Positions 46,545 to 57,129 of a DNA stretch of 64,000 nucleotides are shown one piece after another. Within the stretch, counting starts at the first letter, position 1; each line of letters opens with the position of its first letter. A program made the position numbers and the translations under genes. Source of the stretch: Candidatus Moraniibacteriota bacterium (GTDB lineage: Bacteria > Patescibacteriota > Minisyncoccia > Moranbacterales > UBA2206); the NCBI GenBank assembly GCA_030645735.1, contig JAUSNP010000006.1:4095-68094 (forward strand), given 5' to 3'. Below the pieces are notes generated by a model. It was given only the letters and a program-made list of their open reading frames with translations. It did no database searches and was not told the origin of the DNA.

Positions 46545-48629
46545 ATGGCGAGGATATGTTATGTCGGATTTCTGGGAATTATTTTATTGACAGCTCATAC
46601 CGCGAATGCTCAAACTGTTATGGATGTGCAATTACCTTTCTATGACGGCAAGTCCTATAGATGTACTCAGAACAGCAATGACAGCCCAACTCATAACAAT
46701 ATTTATACTATGTATGATTTGGATTTTGGATTGTCAAATGGTTCTATTGTAGTTGCAGCAAGCGATGGGGTAATGCACTACGGAAGCAATCCCAATGGTT
46801 TCGGGACTTACGCTAAGATTGATCATGGTAATGGCTACTGGACAATGTATGGTCACTTGAGTGGCTATATTGCCAATGAAGGAGATGTGGTTGCTGGACA
46901 ACCAATCGCGTACTCAGGAAATACGGGGCTTTCCATTGGTAGTGGTGGTGGTTATCATTTACACTTCGGAGTGCACAGCGGTTCAGGTGTAGGAAATTCC
47001 AAAAAGATGAGCGTGTATGCTTTAAATAAAAATACAAATTCATCGGGATATTTTGATACTGGATTGCAAAATGAAACAGAATTTGTTTGCGGACTTACTT
47101 CCGGTAATTTCTATGAATCTCGTCCCGTTGGTTCCATATTTAGTGATTATCAATGCAAGTCACTTACAAGTGGTGGTGTCCTTTGCTGGAGTGGAAACCC
47201 GACAACTTGTGAAGATGGCGATAATCACGTTTGGTATCACAAAAATAGCGAGGGTGCCAAAGTAAGTGAAAGTAATTCTAGTACTTGGCAAAAATGCTCT
47301 CTTGATTCTGGACAAATAGCTAATATTTTCTCGTATCTTGATGGTGGTTATGGTGTTGGTGGGGTTGGGCCTGGGTCGTGGACTGATGCAACTGACTCTG
47401 CAACTTCAAGCTTACCTGACTTTGTCGTCAATAAAACTTGGCTCGAAACCCCTTGGGGCGTCGAAACATACAAGTTTGGTCTGGGTGAGTCTTTCAACAC
47501 TAAGGCCCAATCTGAAAACATTGGTGACGGCTCATGCCTCAACACTGATGCGACTCAGGAGATCACCGGCCATTTCTATCTCTCTAAGGGCTACAAAGAA
47601 GATGTGCATAGTGGAGATGGAGCATGGCGTAGGCTCGACAGCACCAACACGCATTGTTCCAATCTTGGTCAGGGTGAAACTAACACCGAAACCAAAAGTA
47701 CCAATGTTTGGGAATGGATCACGGAGCCGGGAATTTACAATGTCGTCTATTGTATTGATCATCCGCAAGATGATCATAACAACGGAGGCGACCACGCCGA
47801 AAAACACGAATCCAATAATTGCAGCACGGAAGCCGTTTTTGAAGTGACGGCTGATCAGATTGTCAATCCTGATCCACGATTTGTCGATTTCACCACAAAT
47901 GGATTGGGATTTCGCGGCACCCCGCCAATCTATGCTGGCAGCCAAGCACATTTTGGCGCATGGGTAACCAACAAGGGAAACACAACTCCTGGGCGAGACA
48001 TTCGCTCAAACTATTCTGTACAATGTTCCGGCACCGCCCGCATTCAATTGGCTGATGATGGCACACCTGCCAGTGCACTTTCTCCGGGAGCTTCGGCTTT
48101 CGAAGAAAACATTGGCGCGGTCACATTGCCAAATGCCTCAGGGGCTTGTGTGGCCTATTTCTGCGCTGACTATCAAAACGCAGTGGTTGAATCCAATGAG
48201 GCAAATAATTGCACAACATTCAACTTCACTTTGAAACCCAGACCGACACCCAACTTCAAAATAATCAAGATTGAAGACAAAAAAGGTTGTTGTACTACCA
48301 ACCGTGGAGACAAGGTATATCCGCGTGTTTGGACGCAAAACACCGGTACGGCTGCACCGCTGCAAAACGTGGCTATGCGTTATTACATCCGGAGTGCTGG
48401 CACTGGCAATGTTTGGTGGGAAATTGCCAACGACACTATGGAACCAAGAGAACTTCCACCGGGAGGAACCGACGAAGAAAGTCTGGACTCTGGTTGGAAA
48501 ATTCCCAGTGGCAGCGCTTGGAAAAACCAATGGCATGAGATCAAGGCTTGCGTTGATCCGCTCAACGCCATTGCTGAATCCAATGAGTCTGACAACTGCA
48601 TGAGCTACAGTCGGTTTTCGAAGAAATAA
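46545..48629 (+). CDS. Secreted M23 (LytM-type) metallopeptidase with three C-terminal CARDB-like repeats
   Basis: Signal peptide; KIDHGNGYWTMYGHLS...GNTG...YHLHFGV M23 motifs; three repeats ending ESNE(A/S)(N/D)NC. Confidence 0.6.
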   Translation: MARICYVGFLGIILLTAHTANAQTVMDVQLPFYDGKSYRCTQNSNDSPTHNNIYTMYDLDFGLSNGSIVVAASDGVMHYGSNPNGFGTYAKIDHGNGYWTMYGHLSGYIANEGDVVAGQPIAYSGNTGLSIGSGGGYHLHFGVHSGSGVGNSKKMSVYALNKNTNSSGYFDTGLQNETEFVCGLTSGNFYESRPVGSIFSDYQCKSLTSGGVLCWSGNPTTCEDGDNHVWYHKNSEGAKVSESNSSTWQKCSLDSGQIANIFSYLDGGYGVGGVGPGSWTDATDSATSSLPDFVVNKTWLETPWGVETYKFGLGESFNTKAQSENIGDGSCLNTDATQEITGHFYLSKGYKEDVHSGDGAWRRLDSTNTHCSNLGQGETNTETKSTNVWEWITEPGIYNVVYCIDHPQDDHNNGGDHAEKHESNNCSTEAVFEVTADQIVNPDPRFVDFTTNGLGFRGTPPIYAGSQAHFGAWVTNKGNTTPGRDIRSNYSVQCSGTARIQLADDGTPASALSPGASAFEENIGAVTLPNASGACVAYFCADYQNAVVESNEANNCTTFNFTLKPRPTPNFKIIKIEDKKGCCTTNRGDKVYPRVWTQNTGTAAPLQNVAMRYYIRSAGTGNVWWEIANDTMEPRELPPGGTDEESLDSGWKIPSGSAWKNQWHEIKACVDPLNAIAESNESDNCMSYSRFSKK

Positions 48630-48920
48630 TTAAGTTTATCTAAGATTATTCCACCTGCCGCTCGGTGACCTTATGTCATCGGGCGGCACTTTTATAATAA
48701 TTCAAGCAACTTCCGTTCCTTGTCATTTCAATTTGCTTCTGATAATATTTAAATATCTTTCGCTCATCCTTTTTGTTATACCTCCTTTTTATATCGCTAC
48801 GACAGATAGGTACGCATTATGTTTTTTTCGACTTGCTACTGAGCAAGGGGGGTGATTGTTTTGAATCTCGTTTTAAATCCTCCATCCCGTATACAGGATG
48901 AAATTATAGGAAAAACTTTT

Positions 48921-51002
48921 ATGAAAATAACGAACGTACACCTAAGGAATTTTCGTAGGCTAGAGAATGTCGAGATCGGATTTGAGGCCGAGGAAACTGT
49001 TTTTGTAGGGCCAAACAATAGCGGTAAAACTTCGGCAACCGCTGCTTTTCGACTTTTCTTGGTTCGTCAAGAATTCAAAATTCACGACTTTTCCGTTTCG
49101 CGAATTGCAGAGATAAATGCATTTGGAACAACTGACAGTATAGACAAAGACAGTCTCCCCTCAATCAAAATGGATATTTGGTTTTCAATAAATCCAGATA
49201 TAGAATTTGGACGGGTTTTCTCTCTTGTGCCCAATGTTTCGGCCAGCTTAGAAAAAGTTGGTGTTCGAATGAAATTTAGCGTCAAGGATGCCAAGAAGCT
49301 GAAGTACGAATATCTAGCCACATTCCCCCGCTTAGAAAGTGGTGTGGCACAGAAAACGCTCTCCCATTACCTTTCTCTTCAAGGAAATTTAAATCGTCAT
49401 TTTGGATTGAGTTACTATGCCTTAGAAAACACCGAGAATGATTTAGTGACTATCCCGCTTGAACCGGAGGAAGGTAAGCGTGTTTTAAAATCTTTGGTTC
49501 GAGTGGACTTTGTTGATGCACAGAGAAATATCGATGACCAGGAGAATGGTCGTAGTAACCGGTTATCCTCAGCATTTGCAGCGTTCTACAAGAAGAACCT
49601 CGAACAAGCGGAGATAAACGAGGACGCAAATCGAATAATCGATGAAAACAATGAAAGCCTCACAAAACACTACGATAAGCACTTTAAAGACTTAATGGTT
49701 GTAATCAAGAGCCTTGGTGTGCCATCGGCCAATGACCGTGAGTTGAAGATCATCTCCTCTTTAAGTTCTGAATCAGCGTTGCAGGGAAACACAGCTCTTC
49801 TCTATGTAGACCCTGTACACAACCATGAACTTCCCGAAGTGTATAATGGTCTCGGGTTCAAGAACCTTGTTTATATGGCGATCCAAATCAGCCATTTTCA
49901 CTTACAGTGGATAAACACTGAAGAGAAACGGCCTCTATGCCAAATCATTTTTGTCGAAGAGCCGGAGGTACACCTCCATGCGCAGGTTCAACAAACATTT
50001 GTTTCGAATATTTGGGAGATTATACGGAAGGCATCTGACGACGCCGGTGAAAGTCACATGGTGCCTCAAATTGGAATTACTACTCATTCATCACATATTT
50101 TGGATGCAGTTGAATTTAGAAAGGTCAGATATTTCCGCCGTTGCGCTTTAGATGGAGAAGATCAATCCAAAATTACAACTTTGAATGCTTCAAAGGTTCT
50201 TAGTCTACGAGACTTTAAGCCACAAAAAAAATCAGCCGCCGGAGAGATCGAAAACGAGGAAGAAACGTTAGACTTTCTTAAACGGTATCTTAAACTCACA
50301 CACTGTGATCTATTCTTTGCTGATGCTGCCGTACTAGTCGAGGGCACCGTCGAGAAACTTCTCTTACCAAAGATGATGGAAAAGTCTGCTCCAGGCCTGA
50401 AGCAAAATTACCTCACAGTGCTTGAGGTTGGTGGTGCTTATGCCAGCCGCTTTGCAAGTCTCCTGGAGTTCTTGGGCATAGCCTACCTAGTCATAACGGA
50501 CTTAGACTCGGTTGATCCAACCAATAAAAGAAAAGTATGTAGAGCTGACACGCCAGGATCAGTTACTTCAAATGCATCACTTAAATTCTATTTTAACAAA
50601 TCTGTTATCAGCGATTTGGTAAAACTGAATCATGCGGAACAGATTTTGCCAGGTGGTCGTAGTTTTGTTGCATTTCAAAAGCCAACAACCGTTATAGGTC
50701 ATAATCCTGCAAAAGAAATGCACGGTCGTACATTTGAGGAAACATTTATTTATCAAAACTTGCAACTTTTCCGAGACAGAAAGATTGGTTTTGAAGCAGA
50801 TATCCCAGGCGATCAAGACTTTGAGAAAGAGTATAGCGCCATCTTTGAGGGGATAAAATCACCATCTTTTAAGAAAACTGAGTTCGCGCTTGGTGTTGCA
50901 TCAGTAAAAGTTGATTGGGAAACTCCTCAGTACATTGCTGAGGGTTTAAGCTGGCTAGAGAAAACAATGTGCGCAAACCCTCTATGTGAAGCTAACAAGT
51001 AG
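48921..51002 (+). CDS. gajA: OLD-family ATPase with C-terminal Toprim nuclease domain (Gabija GajA-like)
   Basis: MKITNVHLRNFRRLENVEI...VGPNNSGKTS Walker A; IFVEEPEVHLHAQ; Toprim VLVEGTVE and VITDLD. Confidence 0.65.
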   Translation: MKITNVHLRNFRRLENVEIGFEAEETVFVGPNNSGKTSATAAFRLFLVRQEFKIHDFSVSRIAEINAFGTTDSIDKDSLPSIKMDIWFSINPDIEFGRVFSLVPNVSASLEKVGVRMKFSVKDAKKLKYEYLATFPRLESGVAQKTLSHYLSLQGNLNRHFGLSYYALENTENDLVTIPLEPEEGKRVLKSLVRVDFVDAQRNIDDQENGRSNRLSSAFAAFYKKNLEQAEINEDANRIIDENNESLTKHYDKHFKDLMVVIKSLGVPSANDRELKIISSLSSESALQGNTALLYVDPVHNHELPEVYNGLGFKNLVYMAIQISHFHLQWINTEEKRPLCQIIFVEEPEVHLHAQVQQTFVSNIWEIIRKASDDAGESHMVPQIGITTHSSHILDAVEFRKVRYFRRCALDGEDQSKITTLNASKVLSLRDFKPQKKSAAGEIENEEETLDFLKRYLKLTHCDLFFADAAVLVEGTVEKLLLPKMMEKSAPGLKQNYLTVLEVGGAYASRFASLLEFLGIAYLVITDLDSVDPTNKRKVCRADTPGSVTSNASLKFYFNKSVISDLVKLNHAEQILPGGRSFVAFQKPTTVIGHNPAKEMHGRTFEETFIYQNLQLFRDRKIGFEADIPGDQDFEKEYSAIFEGIKSPSFKKTEFALGVASVKVDWETPQYIAEGLSWLEKTMCANPLCEANK

Positions 51003-51015
51003 GCGTCACGACGAT

Positions 51016-52854
51016 ATGCGAAGATTAATTGAAACTAAAGCAGATGCAGAAATCAAAATTTGCTTAGAGGCGAAGCAAAGTTTTTCTGTTATTGCCGGGG
51101 CGGGTTCAGGTAAGACCACTTCATTGGTCACTGCACTTCAGCATTTAAGACAGACAGCGGGGCCAAGCCTTCGACGCAATGATCAAAAAATAGTGTGTAT
51201 TACATATACTAACCGAGCGGCAGAAGTTATTTCTAACCGTTTGGATTTTGATGATTTGTTTCTTGTGGCAACCCTACATACCTTTTTGTGGAGCCAAATC
51301 AAAAGATTTACACCCAACATCAGGGAAGCTGTTCGTGAGCATATCATTCCGGCACATATTGAAAACAAACAAAAAGACGACAATGGTGGTCAAAGCAAAA
51401 AGGCGGTTGCAGCTAGAGCGAAGATTGCGTCACTACAGGCTGCTCTTGATAACTTGGATGCAGTTGATAAATTTGAGTACAACGACAATAAGTTTAGCGA
51501 CTATCCCCAAGGCAAATTGAATCACGATGACATAATTGATATCGCCGCCTACTTGATATCAGATAACGCAATTCTCCGACAAATTATTGGACAGAACTAT
51601 CCATATATCTTTGTTGATGAAGCACAAGATACTTTTGGAAATGTAGTTGATGCGTTAAACAAGGTTTGTGAAAATGATGGCCTGCCTATTGTTTGCTATT
51701 TCGGTGATCCAATGCAGCAAATTTACGATAAGAGAGCGGGAGACTTTGCAGGTCCATCCGGTTCCATAATAATCACAAAAGAAGAGAATTTCAGATGTTC
51801 ACGCAAGGTAATCGATTTGCTAAATGCCTTTCGTAATGATGTAAAACAGATTCCAGCAGGTAAAAACGCCGAAATTGATGGTAGTGTATTTATCAGATTA
51901 GTTGCTGCTGAGACGCCTTTGGGTGAACGGAAAAAATATACCGAAATTCAAATTGAGCGCACATCCGCACGCTTTGACGAAGCTTTAGAGAGTTGGGGTT
52001 GGGCAGGACGATCCGAAGTTAAGCAACTCTTCCTAGTTCGTCAAATGATTGCAAAGCGACTAGGATTTCCCATTCTTCACAAACTATTCACTGGCCAGTT
52101 TGCCTCTTCAAACGCCCAAGAAGCTTATGAAAAAGGTGAGCATTTTTTGTTACAGCCGTTTGTAAATTGTTTATATCCTTTAGTGCAAGCCCATCGAGAT
52201 AGTGATCTGAGACGAGTTTTCGATATCTTGAGAAGGTCAAGCCCGACATTTGATCCCCAAGGAGTCAACGCGGAACGCACTTTGGGCGAAATGAAAGAGC
52301 GCGCAATTGACTTAATTAAGAGTCTTTCAACTCTTTGGATTGACAATTCTTTGGCTGATATTTTGAGGTTTTGTCGAGCAAACAACTTGTGCCATATTTC
52401 GGATCGACTGTCCGAGCATTTAGATCGCGCACCAAGAGAAGAAGAATATGATGATGATTTGCATTCAAGTGCCAAAGGCGACTGGTTGGTAGATATATTT
52501 TTCAAAATGACTAGCAAGGAAATCGAGCCATTCACTGCGTTTATCCGTGAAAACACTCCTTTAAGCACCCAGCACGGTGTAAAGGGTGAGGAATACAAAG
52601 ATGTTGTTGTTGTATTTGATGACATTGAAGCTGCGTGGAACAACTACAGTTTCACAAAAACACTGACACCCAATACATCAGGTGCGCCTACCGATGGACA
52701 ATCCGACAAGAGCAGAAAGCTTGCCTATGTTTGTTTTTCTAGAGCTGAGGAGAATTTAAGAATTCTTCTATTTACGTCGAATCCAGCGGCTGCTAAGGAA
52801 GAACTTATATCAAAAGAATTGTTTAAAGAAAACCAAATATCTATTGCCAGTTAA
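51016..52854 (+). CDS. gajB: UvrD/PcrA-like SF1 helicase (Gabija GajB-like); alternative start 50986 overlaps gajA
   Basis: FSVIAGAGSGKTT motif I, CITYTNRAA, FVDEAQDT motif II. Confidence 0.65.
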   Translation: MRRLIETKADAEIKICLEAKQSFSVIAGAGSGKTTSLVTALQHLRQTAGPSLRRNDQKIVCITYTNRAAEVISNRLDFDDLFLVATLHTFLWSQIKRFTPNIREAVREHIIPAHIENKQKDDNGGQSKKAVAARAKIASLQAALDNLDAVDKFEYNDNKFSDYPQGKLNHDDIIDIAAYLISDNAILRQIIGQNYPYIFVDEAQDTFGNVVDALNKVCENDGLPIVCYFGDPMQQIYDKRAGDFAGPSGSIIITKEENFRCSRKVIDLLNAFRNDVKQIPAGKNAEIDGSVFIRLVAAETPLGERKKYTEIQIERTSARFDEALESWGWAGRSEVKQLFLVRQMIAKRLGFPILHKLFTGQFASSNAQEAYEKGEHFLLQPFVNCLYPLVQAHRDSDLRRVFDILRRSSPTFDPQGVNAERTLGEMKERAIDLIKSLSTLWIDNSLADILRFCRANNLCHISDRLSEHLDRAPREEEYDDDLHSSAKGDWLVDIFFKMTSKEIEPFTAFIRENTPLSTQHGVKGEEYKDVVVVFDDIEAAWNNYSFTKTLTPNTSGAPTDGQSDKSRKLAYVCFSRAEENLRILLFTSNPAAAKEELISKELFKENQISIAS

Positions 52855-52912
52855 GGTGTTGATGTGCATTATCGACAAGCTCTGTAATCAATTGGTCAGA
52901 TGGGGCTGGATA

Positions 52913-53019
52913 GTCTTTGACAAGAATAGCATAAATTTGTTTAGCTTTTTGGGTGGTGCATTTTCTTTTCTGGTAAAGAATCACCCCTTTCTTTCGAGTT
53001 GTTGTTCGACAAGGGGCAC
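52913..53019. repeat. ~106-bp direct repeat copy B
   Basis: matches 45240-45345. Confidence 0.7.
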
Positions 53020-53070
53020 ACAGTATAAATCCAGCGAGATTTTCTTTTTTGTCTATATTAAATTAACCTA

Positions 53071-54060
53071 ATGGTAGGTATAATACTTGCTTTTATAGTT
53101 TCAATCTTGGCTACAGCTCAAAATACGATGCTGAAGGTTTTGGGTGGAAAAAAGATTGAAGTGCCTGAGGAAAAAAAGCAGTTGCAGAAAGACTCGGATT
53201 CAATGATGGGATTGATTACAGCGTGGGCATCGGCAGGGGTGGCTTTTATAATCACAACTATTGTCCTAGTTTGGTTGGGCGGTTTGTCGCGAGTAGCGGA
53301 ATTGCCAATTGAGTTTTGGCAGGCTGCGGCATGGAAAATCCCACTATATGCTCTGGCAGTTTGGAGCTATGCTTTGGCGCATCGAAAAGGGGATATATCA
53401 TTGATTAGTCCGCTTCTCTCAATTACCCCAGCAATTATTGTTGTACTTGCACCGATGATTGGCCAGACAGCTAGCCCGCTTGGCATAGCTGGAGTGGCTT
53501 TTATTGTGATTGGAGCGTATTTTTTGAATTTTTCACAAAGGAAAGATGGTTTTTTGGCTCCGATGAAAGAGCTATGGAAGGATCATGGCGCCAGATTTAT
53601 GATGTTGACAGCTACGCTTTGGGCCATTGTTAGTGTGGTTGATGCAGTTGGTGTCAGGACTGGCGGCAATGATTTTGTGGCAGCTGTTATGTGGACAGTA
53701 GTTATAAATCTTGGTTCTGTTGTTCTCTTGATGCCGTTTGCTTTGTATTTCATAAACAAGCTCAAATCTAAAAACGAATATCAAGAACTTGCCTCTGTTC
53801 AAAAATTTCTCGGAAAGAGTGGCGCTGGCAAAATGACTTTGACTGGTTTTTTTGATGGAACTCGAGAGGTTTTTCAGATGATGGCTATGACTTTCATGCA
53901 GGCGGCCTATGTCAATGCTATAAAACGATTTTCGATGGTACTGGGGGTCATTGTCGGCGCGGTTGTCTTCAAGGAAAAAAATTTCCAAGAACGATTAACT
54001 GGCTCACTCATCATGCTTGTTGGGGTTATCTTCATTATTATCTCAGCGGTTATAAAATAA
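53071..54060 (+). CDS. EamA/DMT-superfamily transporter-like membrane protein
   Basis: 329 aa, ~10 TM, two-halves architecture. Confidence 0.45.
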   Translation: MVGIILAFIVSILATAQNTMLKVLGGKKIEVPEEKKQLQKDSDSMMGLITAWASAGVAFIITTIVLVWLGGLSRVAELPIEFWQAAAWKIPLYALAVWSYALAHRKGDISLISPLLSITPAIIVVLAPMIGQTASPLGIAGVAFIVIGAYFLNFSQRKDGFLAPMKELWKDHGARFMMLTATLWAIVSVVDAVGVRTGGNDFVAAVMWTVVINLGSVVLLMPFALYFINKLKSKNEYQELASVQKFLGKSGAGKMTLTGFFDGTREVFQMMAMTFMQAAYVNAIKRFSMVLGVIVGAVVFKEKNFQERLTGSLIMLVGVIFIIISAVIK

Positions 54061-54155
54061 CTTCGTGAAATTCATTCGATCTAAAAAGACTCGCATCTGA
54101 AAAGCTAGATGGCGAGCTTTTTTAATTTTTTACTTTATTATGCTATAATAAATCT

Positions 54156-55202
54156 ATGAAAAAGTATTTTTTGGTTACAATTTTACTCACAGCCACAACT
54201 TTGTTGTCTGGCTGTTCTTCGACGCCAAAAACAACTACGCCAGTGGTGAAAGTGCCGGTTAGTAACATTATGAAGTCAATTGATGGCGGAGCGAATTGGG
54301 AAGCCAAAGACAAGACGGCAGACAAAGTGACGCTGGCATCAATTGATGTGATTAGCATGGCAGTCAATCCCTATGACGGCAAAAATGTTTTTGTTGGAAC
54401 TCTTAAAAATGGAATTTTGAAAACGGATGATGGTGGAGAAAATTGGAGTTTGTTGAAATTCCCAGCGGAAAAGACCTACGGCTTGGCAATTGACAACATA
54501 GACAGTCGCGTGATTTATGCTAGTGGTGTTTGGCAGGGCCGAGGCAAAATTTTCAAGAGTATCAATGGCGGGACTGATTGGAATGAAATTTACACGGCGC
54601 CATCCGATGGTCCGTTGGTAATTTCGCTGACTATGAGTAAGAAAAATTCCAATGTTTTGTATGCGACTACGAGTGACAATCAAATGATGAAAAGTGTGGA
54701 TGCGGGCTCATCGTGGAAAAACATTTTTGTTTCACCGAGTCCAGTTTTGAAAATTGCCATTGATGCAACGAATGACAATTTGCTGTATATGAATTTGCAA
54801 ACCGGCAACATTTTGCGCAGTACAGATGGTGGCGTCACAAATGAAGAATCTTCAATGGATATCAATCGAGGCATTGGTTTTATTGAAACTGATCCGTTTC
54901 ATGCTAGCTGGGTTTATGCTGGCGGTCAGGCAGGGCTATTTCGCAGTAAGGACGCGGGTAAAACTTGGGAAACTTTGAAAACACTGGGTGATTCCAAAAC
55001 CTTCCCAGTCAAAGCTGTGGCTATTAGCCCAACCAATTCTAATGAGATTATCTATGGCGCAGCTCAAGCAACCTACAAATCAGTCGATGGTGGAGTGAAT
55101 TGGGCAACCTTCCAATTGGAAACAAAAAACACAGTCAGTCTGTTGCGATACAGTTCAACTGAGCCAGATGTGTTTTATATGGGTTTGCGAAAAAGTAATT
55201 AA
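54156..55202 (+). CDS. Lipoprotein with BNR/Asp-box repeats (beta-propeller)
   Basis: Lipobox LLSGCSS; repeated S-x-D-x-G-x-(T/N)-W motifs (SIDGGANW, TDDGGENW, SINGGTDW, SVDAGSSW, SKDAGKTW, SVDGGVNW). Confidence 0.55.
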   Translation: MKKYFLVTILLTATTLLSGCSSTPKTTTPVVKVPVSNIMKSIDGGANWEAKDKTADKVTLASIDVISMAVNPYDGKNVFVGTLKNGILKTDDGGENWSLLKFPAEKTYGLAIDNIDSRVIYASGVWQGRGKIFKSINGGTDWNEIYTAPSDGPLVISLTMSKKNSNVLYATTSDNQMMKSVDAGSSWKNIFVSPSPVLKIAIDATNDNLLYMNLQTGNILRSTDGGVTNEESSMDINRGIGFIETDPFHASWVYAGGQAGLFRSKDAGKTWETLKTLGDSKTFPVKAVAISPTNSNEIIYGAAQATYKSVDGGVNWATFQLETKNTVSLLRYSSTEPDVFYMGLRKSN

Positions 55203-55226
55203 TAACTAAATTTTTAAAATATCAGT

Positions 55227-55784
55227 ATGTACAAAGAAATCATCGAGAAGAAAAAACCGGAATTGGAAAAAACAATGGAGCATTTCAAGGAAGAGTTGGG
55301 TCAACTTCGCACAGGGCGCGCGGCCACTGCTATGGTGGATAGTTTGATGGTGGATTATTATGGAGCTAAATCTCCATTGAAACAAGTGGCGAGCATCACC
55401 ATTCCAGAAGCGCGCACAATTATGATTTCCCCATGGGACAAGGACAGCTTGGTGGCAATTGAAAAAGCTATCCGTGAATCACAATTGAATTTGAATCCAA
55501 ACAATGATGGACAAGTGATTCGCATCAACATCCCGGCCTTGAATGAGGATCGTCGCAAAGATTTAGTGAAGATGCTCAATCAAAAATCTGAAGATGCTCG
55601 TATTTCAATTCGCAAGCACAGAGAAGATGTGTGGGAAGAAATTCAAGAGTCAGAAAAAGCTGGACTCATGGGTGAGGATGACAAATTTGCTGGCAAAGAT
55701 GATTTGCAAAAAGTAGTGGATGAATATAACAAGAAAGTTGAAGAAATTCGCGCTAAAAAAGAAGAAGAGATCCTAACAGTTTAA
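55227..55784 (+). CDS. frr: Ribosome recycling factor
   Basis: 185 aa, VDSLMVDYYGAKSPLKQVASITIPEARTIMISPWD typical RRF. Confidence 0.9.
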   Translation: MYKEIIEKKKPELEKTMEHFKEELGQLRTGRAATAMVDSLMVDYYGAKSPLKQVASITIPEARTIMISPWDKDSLVAIEKAIRESQLNLNPNNDGQVIRINIPALNEDRRKDLVKMLNQKSEDARISIRKHREDVWEEIQESEKAGLMGEDDKFAGKDDLQKVVDEYNKKVEEIRAKKEEEILTV

Positions 55785-55919
55785 ATTCCAAGATACAAGA
55801 AACAAAAACCAAGCAAGCATCAAATCACAATACTCAAATAATCAAACTTTTGAATATTGAAAATTGATTATTGAATATTGTTTGGGATTTGTTACTTGGT
55901 TATTGGTTGTTACATCACA

Positions 55920-57041
55920 ATGTTAACCGCAATTATATTCCTGCTGATTTTAGGTGTCTTGGTTTTTGTGCATGAGATGGGTCATTTCATCACGGCTAGA
56001 CGAAATGGCGTCAAAGCTGATGAGTTTGGTTTTGGTTTTCCGCCCAGAATGGCTGGCTTTGTGAAGGATGAAAAAACTGGCAAATATAAATTCGTCTGGG
56101 GCAACAAAGAAATTGAATCAAGCAACACTGTCTATTCAATCAATTGGATTCCATTGGGCGGATTTGTGCGGATCAAGGGCGCTGACACCTCCGAAACTGG
56201 TCCGGATAGTTTTGTCGAGAAAAAAGCTTGGCCAAGAATCAAGATTTTGGCGGCTGGCGTGATTATGAATTTCATTTTTGCGTGGGTTTTGATTTCATTG
56301 GCCTTGATGATTGGGGCACCAGAAGCCACAGATAGCACAGCTACTGATGTGCCAAATTCGAAAATTCAAATCACGGAAGTTGTGTCTGGTTCGCCAGCTG
56401 AATTGGCCGGGATAAAAGTAGGGGATGAAATTTTGAGAAATAATTTGCAAACCAATTTTGCGGGTGTGGCGGATGTGCAAAATTATATCAAAGCTAATCA
56501 AGGCAAAGAAATTGCTTTCAATGTTTTGCGCGGCGCAGACACAATTGCCATCAAAGTTGTGCCGAGAGAGAATGCCCCAGCCAATCAAGGCGCAATTGGC
56601 GTGGGCTTGGCGCAAACTATCATAGTGAAATATCCAATTCACCAAGCGTTGTGGAAAGGCGCAGTGGCAGTTTATGATATGACCTTGATGATCATTTTGG
56701 CATTAGGCGGAATCATTGTGAAATTGTTTGCGGGCAATGGAGTGGGCGCGGAAGTTTCTGGCCCTATCGGCATTGCGATTTTGACCAAGCAGGTGGCGAC
56801 CATGGGCTTTGTCTACATCCTGCAATTTGCTGCCATGCTCAGCATCAATCTTGGTATCATCAATGCTTTGCCAATTCCAGCTCTCGACGGTGGTCGCATC
56901 TTGTTTATTTTGATTGAAAAAATCAAAGGCAGTCCCGTCACACAAAAGACTGAACAAGCCTTTCACACCATTGGCTTTGTCTTCTTGATTCTTCTCATGA
57001 TTCTCATCACCCTGCGGGATGTGGTGAAGATTATAAAATAA
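55920..57041 (+). CDS. rseP: RseP-like site-2 protease (M50 zinc metalloprotease with PDZ)
   Basis: HEMGHF HExxH in first TM, PDZ-like segment, LDGG motif NALPIPALDGGRILF. Confidence 0.8.
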   Translation: MLTAIIFLLILGVLVFVHEMGHFITARRNGVKADEFGFGFPPRMAGFVKDEKTGKYKFVWGNKEIESSNTVYSINWIPLGGFVRIKGADTSETGPDSFVEKKAWPRIKILAAGVIMNFIFAWVLISLALMIGAPEATDSTATDVPNSKIQITEVVSGSPAELAGIKVGDEILRNNLQTNFAGVADVQNYIKANQGKEIAFNVLRGADTIAIKVVPRENAPANQGAIGVGLAQTIIVKYPIHQALWKGAVAVYDMTLMIILALGGIIVKLFAGNGVGAEVSGPIGIAILTKQVATMGFVYILQFAAMLSINLGIINALPIPALDGGRILFILIEKIKGSPVTQKTEQAFHTIGFVFLILLMILITLRDVVKIIK

Positions 57042-57051
57042 AAATGTTTAA

Positions 57052-57077
57052 AAATCCCATTAAATGGGATTTTTTTG
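57052..57077 (+). terminator. Rho-independent terminator after rseP
   Basis: aaatcccat-taa-atgggattt then TTTTT. Confidence 0.55.
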
Positions 57078-57129
57078 ACAATGCGCGTCCAGTGAAGTAT
57101 TATAGAAAGAGCGTAAATTGGGCATTTTT

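Noticed and set aside
46813-48603. Multiple antisense/alternate-frame ORFs within M23-CARDB gene
   Set aside because: Embedded in a long ORF that has a signal peptide and recognisable M23/CARDB motifs
52844-53071. ORF 52844..53071 +
   Set aside because: Entirely within direct-repeat copy B; no SD; homologous DNA in copy A is not in frame
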